A stretch of DNA of 64,000 nt from an uncultured Thermoplasmata archaeon (lineage in GTDB: Archaea > Thermoplasmatota > Thermoplasmata > RBG-16-68-12), in contig CAVYJM010000017.1 in assembly GCA_963768855.1 (NCBI GenBank), positions 1-64,000 of the forward strand, written 5' to 3'. The position numbers were made by a program, and so were the translations under genes. Positions within the stretch are counted from its first letter, which is position 1. Each line of letters starts with the position of its first letter. This document shows, one piece after another, positions 46,246 to 56,089 of this stretch. The notes under the pieces were generated by a model, which worked only from the letters and a program-made list of their open reading frames with translations, did not search any database and had not been told where the DNA came from.

Positions 46246-46959
46246 ATGCCCCGAATCCGAGTCATCCTCGTCGAGCCGAAGAGCGAAGGGAACGTGGGGG
46301 CGGTCGCGCGCGCGATGCGCAACTTCGGCGCCCGCGACCTCGTGCTCGTGAAGCCGTGTCCCCTCGGCGACGAGGCGTACAAGCGGGCGATGCACGGGGT
46401 CCAGATCCTCCAAGCCGCGAAGACGGTGGACTCGTTGGACGCGGCCCTGAAAGGGAGTGACCTGCTGGTCGGCACCTCCGGAATCGACACGCGCAGCGAG
46501 AAACGGTTCGCGCGAATCTCCGTCACGCCGCGGGAGCTCGCGGACCGCGTGGCTCCGATGAACGGGACCGTGGCGCTCGCGTTCGGGCGCGAGGACTTCG
46601 GGCTCTTCGAGTCGGAACTCGGACGGTGCGACCTCCTCGTGACCATCCCGGCGGCGGCGGACTACCCGATCCTCAATCTGTCCCATGCGGCGACGATCGC
46701 CCTCTACGAGCTCTTCGCGGGGCGTACGGCGACGCGGGCCCGGCGCGAGGCGTCCGGCCTCGAGAAGGAGAAGCTGCACGAGGCGTTCGCCTCGCTCTTG
46801 GACGCGGCGCAGTACCCGGAGCACAAGCGCGCGCGGAACAAGGTCATGTTCCGGCGGCTCGTGGGGCGTGCGGTGCCCAGCAAGTGGGAGTTCCACGCCC
46901 TAATGGGCGTGTTCCAGCGCGCCACGAAGCGAATCGAGCGCTTGGAACGGGGCCACTAG
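46246..46959 (+). CDS. trmJ: SPOUT tRNA 2'-O-methyltransferase, TrmJ family
   Basis: LVEPKSEGNVGAVARAMRNFG, AFGREDFGL, YPILNLSHA. Confidence 0.92.
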   Translation: MPRIRVILVEPKSEGNVGAVARAMRNFGARDLVLVKPCPLGDEAYKRAMHGVQILQAAKTVDSLDAALKGSDLLVGTSGIDTRSEKRFARISVTPRELADRVAPMNGTVALAFGREDFGLFESELGRCDLLVTIPAAADYPILNLSHAATIALYELFAGRTATRARREASGLEKEKLHEAFASLLDAAQYPEHKRARNKVMFRRLVGRAVPSKWEFHALMGVFQRATKRIERLERGH

Positions 46960-46968
46960 GCCGGCGGC

Positions 46969-47988
46969 TCACCTCGTCGCTCCGATCCGCATCGTCCGGT
47001 CCGTCTTCTCCATGCTACGGTGGCCGTCCTTCTCGAGGGACATCAGCGCGCGGATCGCGTCGATGTTCTCCGGCACGACGTCCGACTCCTGGTGGACCGC
47101 TTGGAAGTAGTACAGGTGCTTGCCGTCCACGACGTGCACGCCGTCCTTCCAGACGGCGATCTCGTAGAGGTCCGAGCGGTCGCGGGAGAGGTCCCGCGCG
47201 AGCTCCATGATCTGCGCGGTCGATTTGACCCCCTCGCCGCCGGAGACGAAGGCGATGCGGGGGAAGCGTTTCCAGACCTCGAGGATCTCGGCGGGCTCCG
47301 CGGCCCGCTTGAGGTCCACGGAGATCGCGTGGAGGTGCATGAGCGTCGAGGAGACCTTGACCGCGATCGTGTGGATGTTGAGCTTCGGGAGCACGCTCTG
47401 GACGTCGGGGCCGTGGTGGCTCGGCATCTCGAGTTCGGGCTCGATCGCGTTGATGGGGCCCTTCTTCGAGTCGCCCGGGTCGGCGGCGCGTCGCACCATG
47501 ACGGCCAAGACCTTCTCCACCCCGATGTGCGCGTCGAGCGGGTACAGGGTGCGGATCAGGCCGGTCGTGTTGCACGAGGTCACGCGCACGAACTGCGCCC
47601 CGAGGCAGTCCCCGTAGTTGGCGGCCGCGTTGAACGAGAGGTTCGTCAGGGAATGCTCCTCTCCGCCCTGCCAGATCGCCTTGACGCCCGCCTTCTCGTA
47701 CGCCGGCTTGTAGCCGCTCTCCTCGGGCGTGCAGTCCACGACGAGGTCCGCCTCCTTGATCAGGTCCTCGAGCGTCCCGGCGGCCATGAACCCGGCCTTC
47801 TGGAACTTCGCGAGCGCCTCTTTGTCGCTCGCATAGACGGGGAACCCCTTCTTCGCGGCGAGCTTGGCCTCGAAGTTGGGTTTCGTCTTCGCGACGCCGA
47901 CGACCTTCATGTCGTCCTGGAGGGCGACCGCGTCGGCGACGCGCTTCCCGATCGTTCCGTATCCGTTGATGGCGATCTTTGCGGGCAT
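46969..47988 (-). CDS. gap: Archaeal type II glyceraldehyde-3-phosphate dehydrogenase
   Basis: IAINGYGTIGKRVADAV, FVRVTSCNTTGL, RRAADP, SHHGPDV, HQESDVVPENIDA. Confidence 0.94.
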   Translation of the reverse strand: MPAKIAINGYGTIGKRVADAVALQDDMKVVGVAKTKPNFEAKLAAKKGFPVYASDKEALAKFQKAGFMAAGTLEDLIKEADLVVDCTPEESGYKPAYEKAGVKAIWQGGEEHSLTNLSFNAAANYGDCLGAQFVRVTSCNTTGLIRTLYPLDAHIGVEKVLAVMVRRAADPGDSKKGPINAIEPELEMPSHHGPDVQSVLPKLNIHTIAVKVSSTLMHLHAISVDLKRAAEPAEILEVWKRFPRIAFVSGGEGVKSTAQIMELARDLSRDRSDLYEIAVWKDGVHVVDGKHLYYFQAVHQESDVVPENIDAIRALMSLEKDGHRSMEKTDRTMRIGATR

Positions 47989-48139
47989 GGAGCAATCCCC
48001 AGGAGACTCAACGGCGGGGGCACTAAAAAGGTTGTGCGGGAACTGTACTTTCGGTCTCTCCCGTTCGCGAGTAGCCTCGATAAAGCTAGCGATGCCGGCG
48101 TACGCGAACGTACATGTCCCCGGACTCCGATGCCGGGGC

Positions 48140-48355
48140 ATGCTCTGCTACTACTGCGAGAACCAGGCCCGGGCTACGTGCCGATTCTGCGGCGCGGGCG
48201 TCTGCAAGAGCCACGTGGCGGCCGCCCGATTCGCAAGCGGGGGCGCGAGTCCGGACCCCATGTCCGGCCTGCAGAGGTCCGAATACGTCCTGGTGAACAA
48301 CGCGATCTGGTGCGGCCGGTGCCAGGCCCAGTGGTTCGTGGCTCCGCCGGCCTAG
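48140..48355 (+). CDS. Small Cys-rich zinc-binding protein (DUF2180-like)
   Basis: MLCYYC..ATCRFCGAGVCKSH....WCGRC; fills the gap between gap and coaD. Confidence 0.65.
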   Translation: MLCYYCENQARATCRFCGAGVCKSHVAAARFASGGASPDPMSGLQRSEYVLVNNAIWCGRCQAQWFVAPPA

Positions 48356-49330
48356 CTAGTGCGCGTAGAGGTCCCGCCGGATCCGCGGGACCATCGCCAT
48401 GAGCACGGCGGCCTCCGTCAAGGTGTCGCGGTCCATCCGGCGTTCCGTCAGGTAGCCGATCGCTCCGAACTTGGACCCGATCTCCCGGACCCCCGTGAGC
48501 TCGGCCATGGCCTCGCTCACCGTCCGGCCCGCCTTGACCCGCGCGACGACCCCGGGAGGATACTCGAACCCCGGACCGTGGCCGAGGGTGACCCGTCCCG
48601 ACCGGTCGACCACGGCGCAGTACTGGACGTCCAGGTAGTCGCCCACGGAGGCGTCCCACAGGAGCCCCGCCTCGATGCCCACGCCGAAGTCCGCGTCCGT
48701 CAGGGCGGCCCGTGCGCGGTTCGTCGCGCCGACGGGGGCCTGCTGGTCGATCGGCTGCTCCGGGACGCCGGTCGTCACCGACACCGGCCGGACGCGGACG
48801 CGCTCGAACAGATCCTCGAAGACGCGGCGGACCGCCCGCAGCTTGACCGGGTTGTCCGTCCCGACGTGGACTCGGACGGTCGTGAGCCGGTTGCCGTGGG
48901 GATCGATCGTCCCCGCTCGGATCCGGCGGGACTGGATGGGGAGCCCGTCCTGCGCGAGGACCATAGGCACCTCGCGGATCTCGAGCGGCCGGAGGCCCTT
49001 GCGGGCCCGCGCCTCGTTGAGCCCCTTCCCGACGTGGGCCCGGTCCGCGGAGACGACGAGCACGTCGAGGTCGGGCAGGTCGTCGGCCGGCCCGTACGCG
49101 TCGTCAATCGGTTCGATGACGAAGCGCGTCCACCGGTGGGACCTCAGGAATCTCCGCAGGTTCCTCTCGCGGACTTCGTAGGGATGGACCTCGGAGCGCG
49201 ACTCCCGCGCGAACCGGTCCGTCGTGAGGCCGATCAGCACCCGCTCCGCGCGGAGCGCAAACGCGGCGCCGAGGAGGGCGCGATGCCCGTCGTGGAGCAG
49301 GTCAAACGTCCCACCCATCGCGACGCGCAT
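48356..49330 (-). CDS. coaD: Phosphopantetheine adenylyltransferase fused to inosine/xanthosine triphosphatase (YjjX-like)
   Basis: GGTFDLLHDGH..LL, IQSRRIRAG; then VHVGTDNPVK, GVPEQP, GATNRA, GVGIEAG, GAIGYLT. Confidence 0.9.
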   Translation of the reverse strand: MRVAMGGTFDLLHDGHRALLGAAFALRAERVLIGLTTDRFARESRSEVHPYEVRERNLRRFLRSHRWTRFVIEPIDDAYGPADDLPDLDVLVVSADRAHVGKGLNEARARKGLRPLEIREVPMVLAQDGLPIQSRRIRAGTIDPHGNRLTTVRVHVGTDNPVKLRAVRRVFEDLFERVRVRPVSVTTGVPEQPIDQQAPVGATNRARAALTDADFGVGIEAGLLWDASVGDYLDVQYCAVVDRSGRVTLGHGPGFEYPPGVVARVKAGRTVSEAMAELTGVREIGSKFGAIGYLTERRMDRDTLTEAAVLMAMVPRIRRDLYAH

Positions 49331-49366
49331 CGGCGGGCCATCCGGTCGTGTCGATATAAGGCTGAC

Positions 49367-50401
49367 CTAGGGAAGCAGTCGACCCTCATGGATCGCGATG
49401 AGGTCGGAGTACAACGCGAAGGCGGTCTGCCGCAGGCCGGGGTTCCGCTCGGACACGAGCAGCTCCTTCAGCATGTCCGTCCGCGCGAGGAGCGCGTTCG
49501 ACGTGCCCTCGATCGAGGCGAGCGGATGGTCGAGCGGCAGCTCCTCGACGGTCACAGACGCGCGGACGTCCCGGCCCTCCGTCCAGCCGCGGGCGATCTG
49601 CTTCACCCGGCGGCCGAGGGCACGGGCCTCCTGGACCCGCGCGGCGGAGATCCCCGCGATCCCCTGCCGGGGCACCGTCTCCGGGCGGAGCCGACCGCCC
49701 ATGAGGACGTTGGCGATCAGGCACGCCTTCGCCGTCGCGTCCCAGCCCTCGAGGTCCATGGCCGGGTCCGTCTCGAGGAAGCCCATCCCACGCGCCGCCT
49801 CGACCCCGTCGTCGTACGAACGGCCCGCCTCGATCTCGGAGAGGATGAAGTTGCTCGTGCTGTTCAGGATCCCCTCGAAGGACTCGACATGCGCGCCGCG
49901 GAGGGTCTCCTGGAACAGGTTGAACACGGGAGCTCCGTCCATGACCGTGCCCTCGTACCGGAACCCGACGTGCTTGCGCCGCGCGAGCTCGCGCAGCCGC
50001 GCGTAATGGTACACGACGGGGCCCTTGTTCGCCGTGATCACGTGCTTCCCGCTCGAGAGCGCCGCCCGGATGTGGTCGACCGCGACCTGCTTCTCCGCGA
50101 TTCGCAGCGGGGTGATCTCGACCACGGTGTCCGCGCGAACGCGGCGGAGGAACGCGATCGGGTCGTCGCGGATCGGTCGGCCGCATGCCTCGACGGAGGC
50201 GTCCGCCTCCGCGAGCTGCACCGCCTTGGCGAGGTCGATGCCCTTCGCATTCTCCACGCGGCCGTGACGACCCGTGAGGATCGCGACGACAGATGCCTCG
50301 AGCCCCCGTTCGCGACGGAGTTCGCGGCGGCGCTCGACGAGCATCCGGGCGAACTCCCGCCCGACGTTCCCGAAGCCGACGAGGACGAGGCGATGCCCCA
50401 A
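49367..50401 (-). CDS. hom: Homoserine dehydrogenase
   Basis: VGFGNVG, HVITANKGP, YEGTVMDGAP, GILNSTSN, ETDP..DLEGWD. Confidence 0.92.
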   Translation of the reverse strand: MGHRLVLVGFGNVGREFARMLVERRRELRRERGLEASVVAILTGRHGRVENAKGIDLAKAVQLAEADASVEACGRPIRDDPIAFLRRVRADTVVEITPLRIAEKQVAVDHIRAALSSGKHVITANKGPVVYHYARLRELARRKHVGFRYEGTVMDGAPVFNLFQETLRGAHVESFEGILNSTSNFILSEIEAGRSYDDGVEAARGMGFLETDPAMDLEGWDATAKACLIANVLMGGRLRPETVPRQGIAGISAARVQEARALGRRVKQIARGWTEGRDVRASVTVEELPLDHPLASIEGTSNALLARTDMLKELLVSERNPGLRQTAFALYSDLIAIHEGRLLP

Positions 50402-50606
50402 GGTGTCACCTTCCGGCGTTCTCGCGCAGGGAACGACCGCGCAGGGTTAAGTATTCCGCACGGACTGCATCGGTCGGCCTGTTTGCAGGGGAAACGAGGG
50501 CGTCTGGGCACCGAAAGACGTTTGAAAACTTCCCCGGTCGGCCTCTTCTTTCTACTTGAGAATTCCGAAATGGTTAAATACGGACCGCTTCTTCCCATCC
50601 TTCCAG

Positions 50607-50888
50607 ATGCGAGGGGGCACGAGGAGGCTTGGCGTGGTCGAGAACATCGGCCACGACGGGAGCCTCTTGGTCCGCTCGGAATTCACACCGTCGAGGGGTG
50701 CCGACGTCCTGGACAAGAGGAACCGCCTCCTCGGCCGGGTGACGAGGGTGTTCGGACCGGTGAAGGAGCCCTTCACCGCGATCCGCCCATCGGTCCCCGC
50801 ATCGCCGTCCCTGGTAGGGGCGGACGTGTTCGTTGGTGAGGGAAAGCATGCCCACGAAGAAGATCGAAGAGGCCGAAGAAGTCACTAG
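50607..50888 (+). CDS. gar1: H/ACA RNP Gar1/Naf1 family protein
   Basis: [34 protein letters not shown]; conserved position before tfb; start uncertain. Confidence 0.75.
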   Translation: MRGGTRRLGVVENIGHDGSLLVRSEFTPSRGADVLDKRNRLLGRVTRVFGPVKEPFTAIRPSVPASPSLVGADVFVGEGKHAHEEDRRGRRSH

Positions 50889-51783
50889 GTGCCCGGAGTG
50901 CAACTCGGGGCACCTGACCTTCGACTACGAGCGCGGCGAGCTCATCTGCGAAGAGTGCGGGCTCGTGCTGAACGACCAGATGATCGACCAGGGACCGGAG
51001 TGGCGCGCATTCGATGTGGAACAGGGCGAGAAGCGGGCCCGCACCGGCGCGCCCATGACCTACACGATCCACGACAAGGGCCTGTCCACGACGATCGGCT
51101 GGAAGAACAAGGATTCCTACGGCAAGTCGATCCCGACGCGCAACCGCGCGCAGCTGTACCGCCTGCGGAAGTGGCAGCGCCGAATCCGCGTGAGCAACGC
51201 GACGGAGCGCAACCTGGCGTTCGCCCTGAGCGAGCTGGACCGGATGGCGAGCGGGATGGGGCTGCCCCGGAACGTCCGGGAGACGGCCGCCATGGTGTAC
51301 CGGAAGGCCGTGAACAAGAACCTGATCCGCGGGCGGTCCATCGAAGGCGTCGTCGCCGCCTCCCTGTACGCGGCGTGCCGCCAGTGCAACGTCCCGCGCA
51401 CGCTCGACGAAATCGCGAACTCGTCCCGTGTGGGCCGGAAGGAGATCGGGCGCACATACCGGTTCATGACGCGGGAGCTCAAGCTCAAGCTCATGCCGAC
51501 GAAGCCCCAGGACTACGTGTCCCGCTTCTGCTCCGAGCTGAAGCTGAGCGGCGAGGTCCAGTCGAAGGCCGTGGAGATCCTGAAGGACGCGCAGGACAAG
51601 GAGCTGACCTCGGGGCGCGGCCCGACGGGCGTGTCCGCGGCAGCAATCTACATCGCGTCGATCCTGTGCAACGAGCGGCGCACGCAGCGCGAGGTCGCGG
51701 ACGTCGCGGGCGTGACCGAGGTCACGATCCGGAACCGATACAAGGAGCTCACGGAGAAGCTCGGGATCAAGGTCGAGCTCTAG
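50848..51783 (+). CDS. tfb: Transcription initiation factor IIB
   Basis: [40 protein letters not shown], two cyclin repeats, [13 protein letters not shown]. Confidence 0.97.
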   Translation: MPTKKIEEAEEVTRCPECNSGHLTFDYERGELICEECGLVLNDQMIDQGPEWRAFDVEQGEKRARTGAPMTYTIHDKGLSTTIGWKNKDSYGKSIPTRNRAQLYRLRKWQRRIRVSNATERNLAFALSELDRMASGMGLPRNVRETAAMVYRKAVNKNLIRGRSIEGVVAASLYAACRQCNVPRTLDEIANSSRVGRKEIGRTYRFMTRELKLKLMPTKPQDYVSRFCSELKLSGEVQSKAVEILKDAQDKELTSGRGPTGVSAAAIYIASILCNERRTQREVADVAGVTEVTIRNRYKELTEKLGIKVEL

Positions 51784-51811
51784 GCCGCCCGGTCCGTGAT
51801 TCGACGGATCC

Positions 51812-52726
51812 TTAGGGCAGCCGCAGCGTCCCTCGGATGAGCGGCGTCACGCGGCCCCCGACGCGCACGGCCTTCGGCACCTTGCCCTCCGCGTCCACGC
51901 TCACCTCGATCAGGCTCGCGTGCTGCATCTCGATCCCCTGCTCGATCACGAAGGAGGGGGAGGGAAGGGCTTCGTTCGCGGCGAGGTAGGCGCCGCATGC
52001 TCCCGCGGCGCTCCCCGTCGCCGGGTCCTCGCGGATCCCATCCACGGGCGAGAACGCGCGCGCATGGACCTGGGCGCCCTTGCCCTCCGTCTCGAAGGAG
52101 AAGACGTAGGCGACGTGGTGCGGGCCGAGCTTCTCGAGGAACCTCCCGAGCTCCCGCATGTCGTAGTCGATCTCCTGGACGGATTCGAGGGAGCGCATGG
52201 GGACCTGGAGGGACGGAATCCCGGTCGAGGCGACCTGGGGCTTCAGCTTGCCCGCGCCGATGTCGCGGGGACTCACGCTGAGGGCCTTGGCCAGCCCCTC
52301 CACGGAGGTCAGGCGTTTCCCGACCGACGGTTCACCCTGGGTCATGACGACCTTCTGGATCTGCCCGTTGTCCACGAACAGCTCGAGCGGGAGGACCCCG
52401 ATCTCGAGCTCCTGGTAGACGACGCTTCGGCCGTCGGGCTTCGGAACGAGTCCTTCGAGGGCCGCGACGTAGGCGGTCCCCAGGGAGGGATGGCCCGCGA
52501 AGGGGATCTCCCCGCCGGGCGTGAAGATCCGGTTGCGGTAGTGGGCCGCCGGATTGGTGGACGGGAAGACGAAGGTGGTCTCGGAGAGGTTCATCTCGCG
52601 CGTGATGCCCTCCATCTCCTCCTTGGAGAGGCCCGTCGCCCGCGGGAACACGGCGAGCGGGTTGCCCTGAAGGGGCTTGTCCGTGAACACGTCGACCCGC
52701 CAGAAATCGAAGAAACGCTCCGCCAT
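51812..52726 (-). CDS. PhzF-family isomerase/epimerase
   Basis: VDVFT..PLQGNPLAV, MNLSETTF, EIPFAGHPSLG, EDPATGSAAG, EQGIEM. Confidence 0.92.
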   Translation of the reverse strand: MAERFFDFWRVDVFTDKPLQGNPLAVFPRATGLSKEEMEGITREMNLSETTFVFPSTNPAAHYRNRIFTPGGEIPFAGHPSLGTAYVAALEGLVPKPDGRSVVYQELEIGVLPLELFVDNGQIQKVVMTQGEPSVGKRLTSVEGLAKALSVSPRDIGAGKLKPQVASTGIPSLQVPMRSLESVQEIDYDMRELGRFLEKLGPHHVAYVFSFETEGKGAQVHARAFSPVDGIREDPATGSAAGACGAYLAANEALPSPSFVIEQGIEMQHASLIEVSVDAEGKVPKAVRVGGRVTPLIRGTLRLP

Positions 52727-52776
52727 GGTCTCCCTGCCCGCGGATGGCCGTACGCGTTCTTAACGCTGACCAGACG

Positions 52777-52905
52777 TCCGCTTCGGCCAGCGGACCGAGG
52801 AGACTTCAGGAGAAAGGGGAAAGGGGGGGCTGCCGGCCGCGCCGGGCGCGGCAGCCCGTGGTCCCGCGCGGGGTTCGCCCGCGCGGATCCCGGAACGTGT
52901 TCCGT
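52777..52905. other. Tandem GC-rich hairpins with a pyrimidine tract (terminator or structured RNA)
   Basis: Four hairpins: GTCCGCT/AGCGGAC, GGGCTGCC/GCAGCCC, CCGCGCGGG/CCCGCGCGG, CGGAAC/GTTCCG; CCCCCCCTTTCCCCTTTC on the minus strand. Confidence 0.45.
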
Positions 52906-52912
52906 GGGTGGC

Positions 52913-53086
52913 CTAGAGTTCCTCGTTCGGCGGCGAGGGACCTCCCGGCTTCTGCTGCGGGGGCCTGTTTCCCCCGCCGCGGAGCTTGCGGATCTGGAGC
53001 ATCTCGAAGGCCCCGAGCGCCAGGGACACGACGACGAGGACGATCCGTTCGCAGAACCGAATCGGATCGCGGAGATGCGCATCCAC
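52913..53086 (-). CDS. Possible small single-TM protein
   Basis: IVLVVVSLALGAFEML + RKLR + Pro-rich tail ending EEL; start uncertain. Confidence 0.4.
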   Translation of the reverse strand: MDAHLRDPIRFCERIVLVVVSLALGAFEMLQIRKLRGGGNRPPQQKPGGPSPPNEEL

Positions 53087-53156
53087 TCGACCTGGATCGG
53101 TGGCGAGCCGGTGTACCGGTCTCGGGGGACGCGTTGACCCGCACTCGGCCCCGCCG

Positions 53157-54044
53157 TCACGGCTTGGCGGAGAGCACGTGCGCCTGGAACACCCGGTGGA
53201 TGCTCCCCCGCATCTTCCCGCCTGCGGGCAGCTTGTTCTCGAAGTTGTTGATTCCGGCCCACGCCTCGAAGGCCGCCTTCGTCGGCTTGTCGTAGCGGCC
53301 GGACAGCGGGCCACGGTAGAAGCCGAGGTGCGTGAGGCCACGCTGCAGCTCTTTGACCACGGAGGGCGTCAGCGGGACGATGTCGCTCGGGCTCTCGCGG
53401 TCCAGGAGGGTCACGTCGTAGATGTTGAAGATCCGCGTCAGCTCGTCGATCGGGGCCGGATGGTCGTCCACCCGCACGTCGATCCACCGGTCGTTCAGCC
53501 CCCCGTACCCGCCCTTCGCCCGGACGACCACGAGGGCTGCGGACTGCTGCCCCCGCTTGTCGCCGCCCGCTCTCTGCCCAGCATGGAGAGCGGCGAGCAA
53601 CCGCACCGGCAGGTCCCCCTCCGTCGATTCGAACGCTCGCGCCATGCTCTTCACGACATCCTCGCCGGCGAGGATGTTCCCCTGGCATGCGTAGTTCCGG
53701 CCCACGACGCTCCCGGCCCACGCGAAGCACTTCTCCCCGGTGAAGGAGGCGGCGCGTCCTCGCGCGTCGACGAGCCCGACCTGCCGCTGCTCGGCCATCG
53801 GATCCTTCGCGGTCAGCTGCTTGAGCGCCTCCTTGGGATGGATGCCCTTCCTCAGGAGGGCGAGGCCCCGCGGCCCGTACGTCGTGTTCGCGAACGACTG
53901 CGTCGCGACCGCACCCACGCCGGCCTCGGCCCACGGCACGACCGCGCCCACGGAGATGAACCGCGACTCGACCGCGACGCCGAGGTCCTTGGTCTTCGGA
54001 TCGCAGGCAACGATGCTGAAGGTGGATGGCCGAGGGACGCCCAT
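53157..54044 (-). CDS. DUF1028 (Ntn-hydrolase-like) protein with C-terminal peptidoglycan-binding-like domain
   Basis: STFSIVACDP, GAVATQS, RQVGLVDARG, QGNILAG, GGDKRGQQSAAL, VDDHPAPIDEL; VKELQRGLTHLGFY. Confidence 0.9.
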   Translation of the reverse strand: MGVPRPSTFSIVACDPKTKDLGVAVESRFISVGAVVPWAEAGVGAVATQSFANTTYGPRGLALLRKGIHPKEALKQLTAKDPMAEQRQVGLVDARGRAASFTGEKCFAWAGSVVGRNYACQGNILAGEDVVKSMARAFESTEGDLPVRLLAALHAGQRAGGDKRGQQSAALVVVRAKGGYGGLNDRWIDVRVDDHPAPIDELTRIFNIYDVTLLDRESPSDIVPLTPSVVKELQRGLTHLGFYRGPLSGRYDKPTKAAFEAWAGINNFENKLPAGGKMRGSIHRVFQAHVLSAKP

Positions 54045-54125
54045 GGAATCCACGGATGAGAACCGGGTCACGTATTTCAAACGCCCGGCGGAACCCTTAT
54101 CCCCGCGACCCGTTCCCGGAGCGCC

Positions 54126-54878
54126 GTGCGCGTTTTCCTCGACCTATGGGGCGTCCTGCTCGACTCCGACACGATGCAGGTCGGGTACGGACAGCAGCTT
54201 GCGCGTCGGATGGCGACGCGGTTCGGAGGCGACGAGGGCCGATGGCGGCAGGCGCACACCGCCGCGTGGACGGAGTACGTGCGGGGGATCGAGTCCACGG
54301 ACTGGAGCCAGGGGTCCTGGTCCGCGGCGATGGACCGGCTCGACGCCCGGTTCGCCATCGGCCTCCTCGAACGGGTCGGTGTCGCCTGGCGTCCGACCGA
54401 CGCCCTGGCGTTCTCGCGAGAGCTCGACCGGGAGGTGATGTCGACCGTCGATGCGCGGTTTCCGGACGCGCGCGCAGCCATGGAGCGGCTGCGCGCTGCA
54501 CGCCACCAGATCTACGTCGCCACGCAGGCCACTGACGCGAACGCCCGAGGGGCGCTCGCGGGGGCCCATCTCTTGACGTCGATTGACGGCTTGTTCACCG
54601 GGACGAGCCAGGACGCGCCGAAAGCGCAGCGCGAGTACTGGGATCGGATCCTGTCCTCCGTGGGTGCGTCACCCGGATCGGACGTCTTGGTCGACGACCG
54701 GGTGGACTACCTCGAGGCGGCCGCCGCCTCGGGTTTCGGGGTCCTCCTCCTGGACCGCGACGGAATCTACGAACCCGAGACGACGCCTTCGTTCGTTCGC
54801 GCGACTCTCCGCAACCTCGCGGGCCTCCCCCACTTCGTCGACACTCTCGAAGCCGAGCGAACGCATACCTCTACTTAG
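54126..54878 (+). CDS. HAD-family hydrolase
   Basis: VFLDLWGVLLD motif I, YVATQA, PK, LVDDR. Confidence 0.8.
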   Translation: MRVFLDLWGVLLDSDTMQVGYGQQLARRMATRFGGDEGRWRQAHTAAWTEYVRGIESTDWSQGSWSAAMDRLDARFAIGLLERVGVAWRPTDALAFSRELDREVMSTVDARFPDARAAMERLRAARHQIYVATQATDANARGALAGAHLLTSIDGLFTGTSQDAPKAQREYWDRILSSVGASPGSDVLVDDRVDYLEAAAASGFGVLLLDRDGIYEPETTPSFVRATLRNLAGLPHFVDTLEAERTHTST

Positions 54879-54910
54879 AGGTATGAGCGCCGGCGAAGGA
54901 GGCGACGTCC

Positions 54911-55963
54911 TCACGGGCGCACGCGCTCAAGCTTCACGTATCGCACGTCGTCCGCGACCTCGCCGAACAGGATCTGCTTCTTCACCCCGTGGGCGAGGCG
55001 CACGGCGCGGCTGATCTCCGGCCACGCACCGCGGTGTCCCTTCGGGACGACGTGGACGAGGTACTTCGCGTGATGGACCTCCGGGTCGCCCTCGTACGCG
55101 CGGAAGTGCGCGCCGTACTTGAAGCCCGTCTTGGAGATCACCCCGCGGGACGTCAGGTCCTCGTAGGCGCGCAGGCGCAGCATGAAGTCCGGCTGGACGG
55201 CCCTCGCCTCCTTCAGGAGGCGGGCGAGACCAATCGGTCGGTCCGTGTCCGCGTTCCGCACCTCGACCAGACCGCCTTGGAGGAGGAAGGCGGTCTCCAG
55301 CAGGCTGAGGTGGAGCCGCCTCCCCACGATCTTGCCGAAGTATCCGGCCTCGTGGAGCGCCTTCGCCTGCTCCTCATCGAGGACGACCGCGCGGTCTCCC
55401 TGGAAATACGCCACGACGGACGCATGCACCTTCGGCGGCGGCAGGTGGCCCTTCGGGGACGCCTCGCGGACCGCATAGTACGTCAGGTCCGATTCCTCGT
55501 CCACGAGCCCGAGCAGGAGCGTCTTCCGGACCGAGGCAGCCTCCGCCGCTCTCTGGAGCAGCTCGGCGAGGTCGAACACGGCGCGCTCGCTCAGCGCCCG
55601 CACCCAGTACTTGCTCGGCGTCTTCCGCGGCGCGCCGCCCCGCGGGAGGACGTGGAAGTCCACGGGGCCGTCCTGCGGCTCGACGACGTAGCCACGCTGG
55701 CGGAGGTCGCGGTACACCAGGTAGCGGATCTCGAACGCGCCCTCGTTCGCTCCGGCGACCCGGAACAGCTCGCCGAGGGACACGGGCGCCCCGTGCCGCT
55801 CGACCTCGAGGCGCGCGGCCTCGACGAGATAGACTGCTTCGAGCAGGGAGAGCTCCAGCCCTCCGCCCGAACGGGGCGTCCCGAAGTAGCCGCGATTGTA
55901 GAGCGTGCTCGCCTCCGCGGGATCGTCGACGGAAACACGAGCGTCGCGCAGTTCCCCCGGCAT
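54911..55963 (-). CDS. endA: tRNA splicing endonuclease (two-repeat alpha2 type)
   Basis: LELSLLEAVYL, YLVYRDLRQRGY, LHLSLLETAFL, KTGFKYGAHFRAY, HAKYLV, RLAHGVKK. Confidence 0.93.
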   Translation of the reverse strand: MPGELRDARVSVDDPAEASTLYNRGYFGTPRSGGGLELSLLEAVYLVEAARLEVERHGAPVSLGELFRVAGANEGAFEIRYLVYRDLRQRGYVVEPQDGPVDFHVLPRGGAPRKTPSKYWVRALSERAVFDLAELLQRAAEAASVRKTLLLGLVDEESDLTYYAVREASPKGHLPPPKVHASVVAYFQGDRAVVLDEEQAKALHEAGYFGKIVGRRLHLSLLETAFLLQGGLVEVRNADTDRPIGLARLLKEARAVQPDFMLRLRAYEDLTSRGVISKTGFKYGAHFRAYEGDPEVHHAKYLVHVVPKGHRGAWPEISRAVRLAHGVKKQILFGEVADDVRYVKLERVRP

Positions 55964-56089
55964 CGGCCCGGCGAACGCCCCCGCGTCGATAAAGGGTTCG
56001 CACCCCGCGAAGGCCGATCGCAGCGGCCCCGCCATCCGACCGAATCGGTTCGCGCCGTTTATATAGAAGTACTCTTGTTGTCAACCGCC

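Noticed and set aside
48356-49330. coaD-yjjX fusion as a novelty
   Set aside because: Already known from Thermoplasmatales; useful only as a taxonomic pointer
50607-51783. gar1/tfb 41-nt overlap as unusual
   Set aside because: gar1-tfb adjacency is common in Euryarchaeota/Thermoplasmata
54989-56089. 680-aa ORF as a long fusion protein
   Set aside because: The 5' part is antisense to endA; the real gene starts at GTG 56090 after a TATA box
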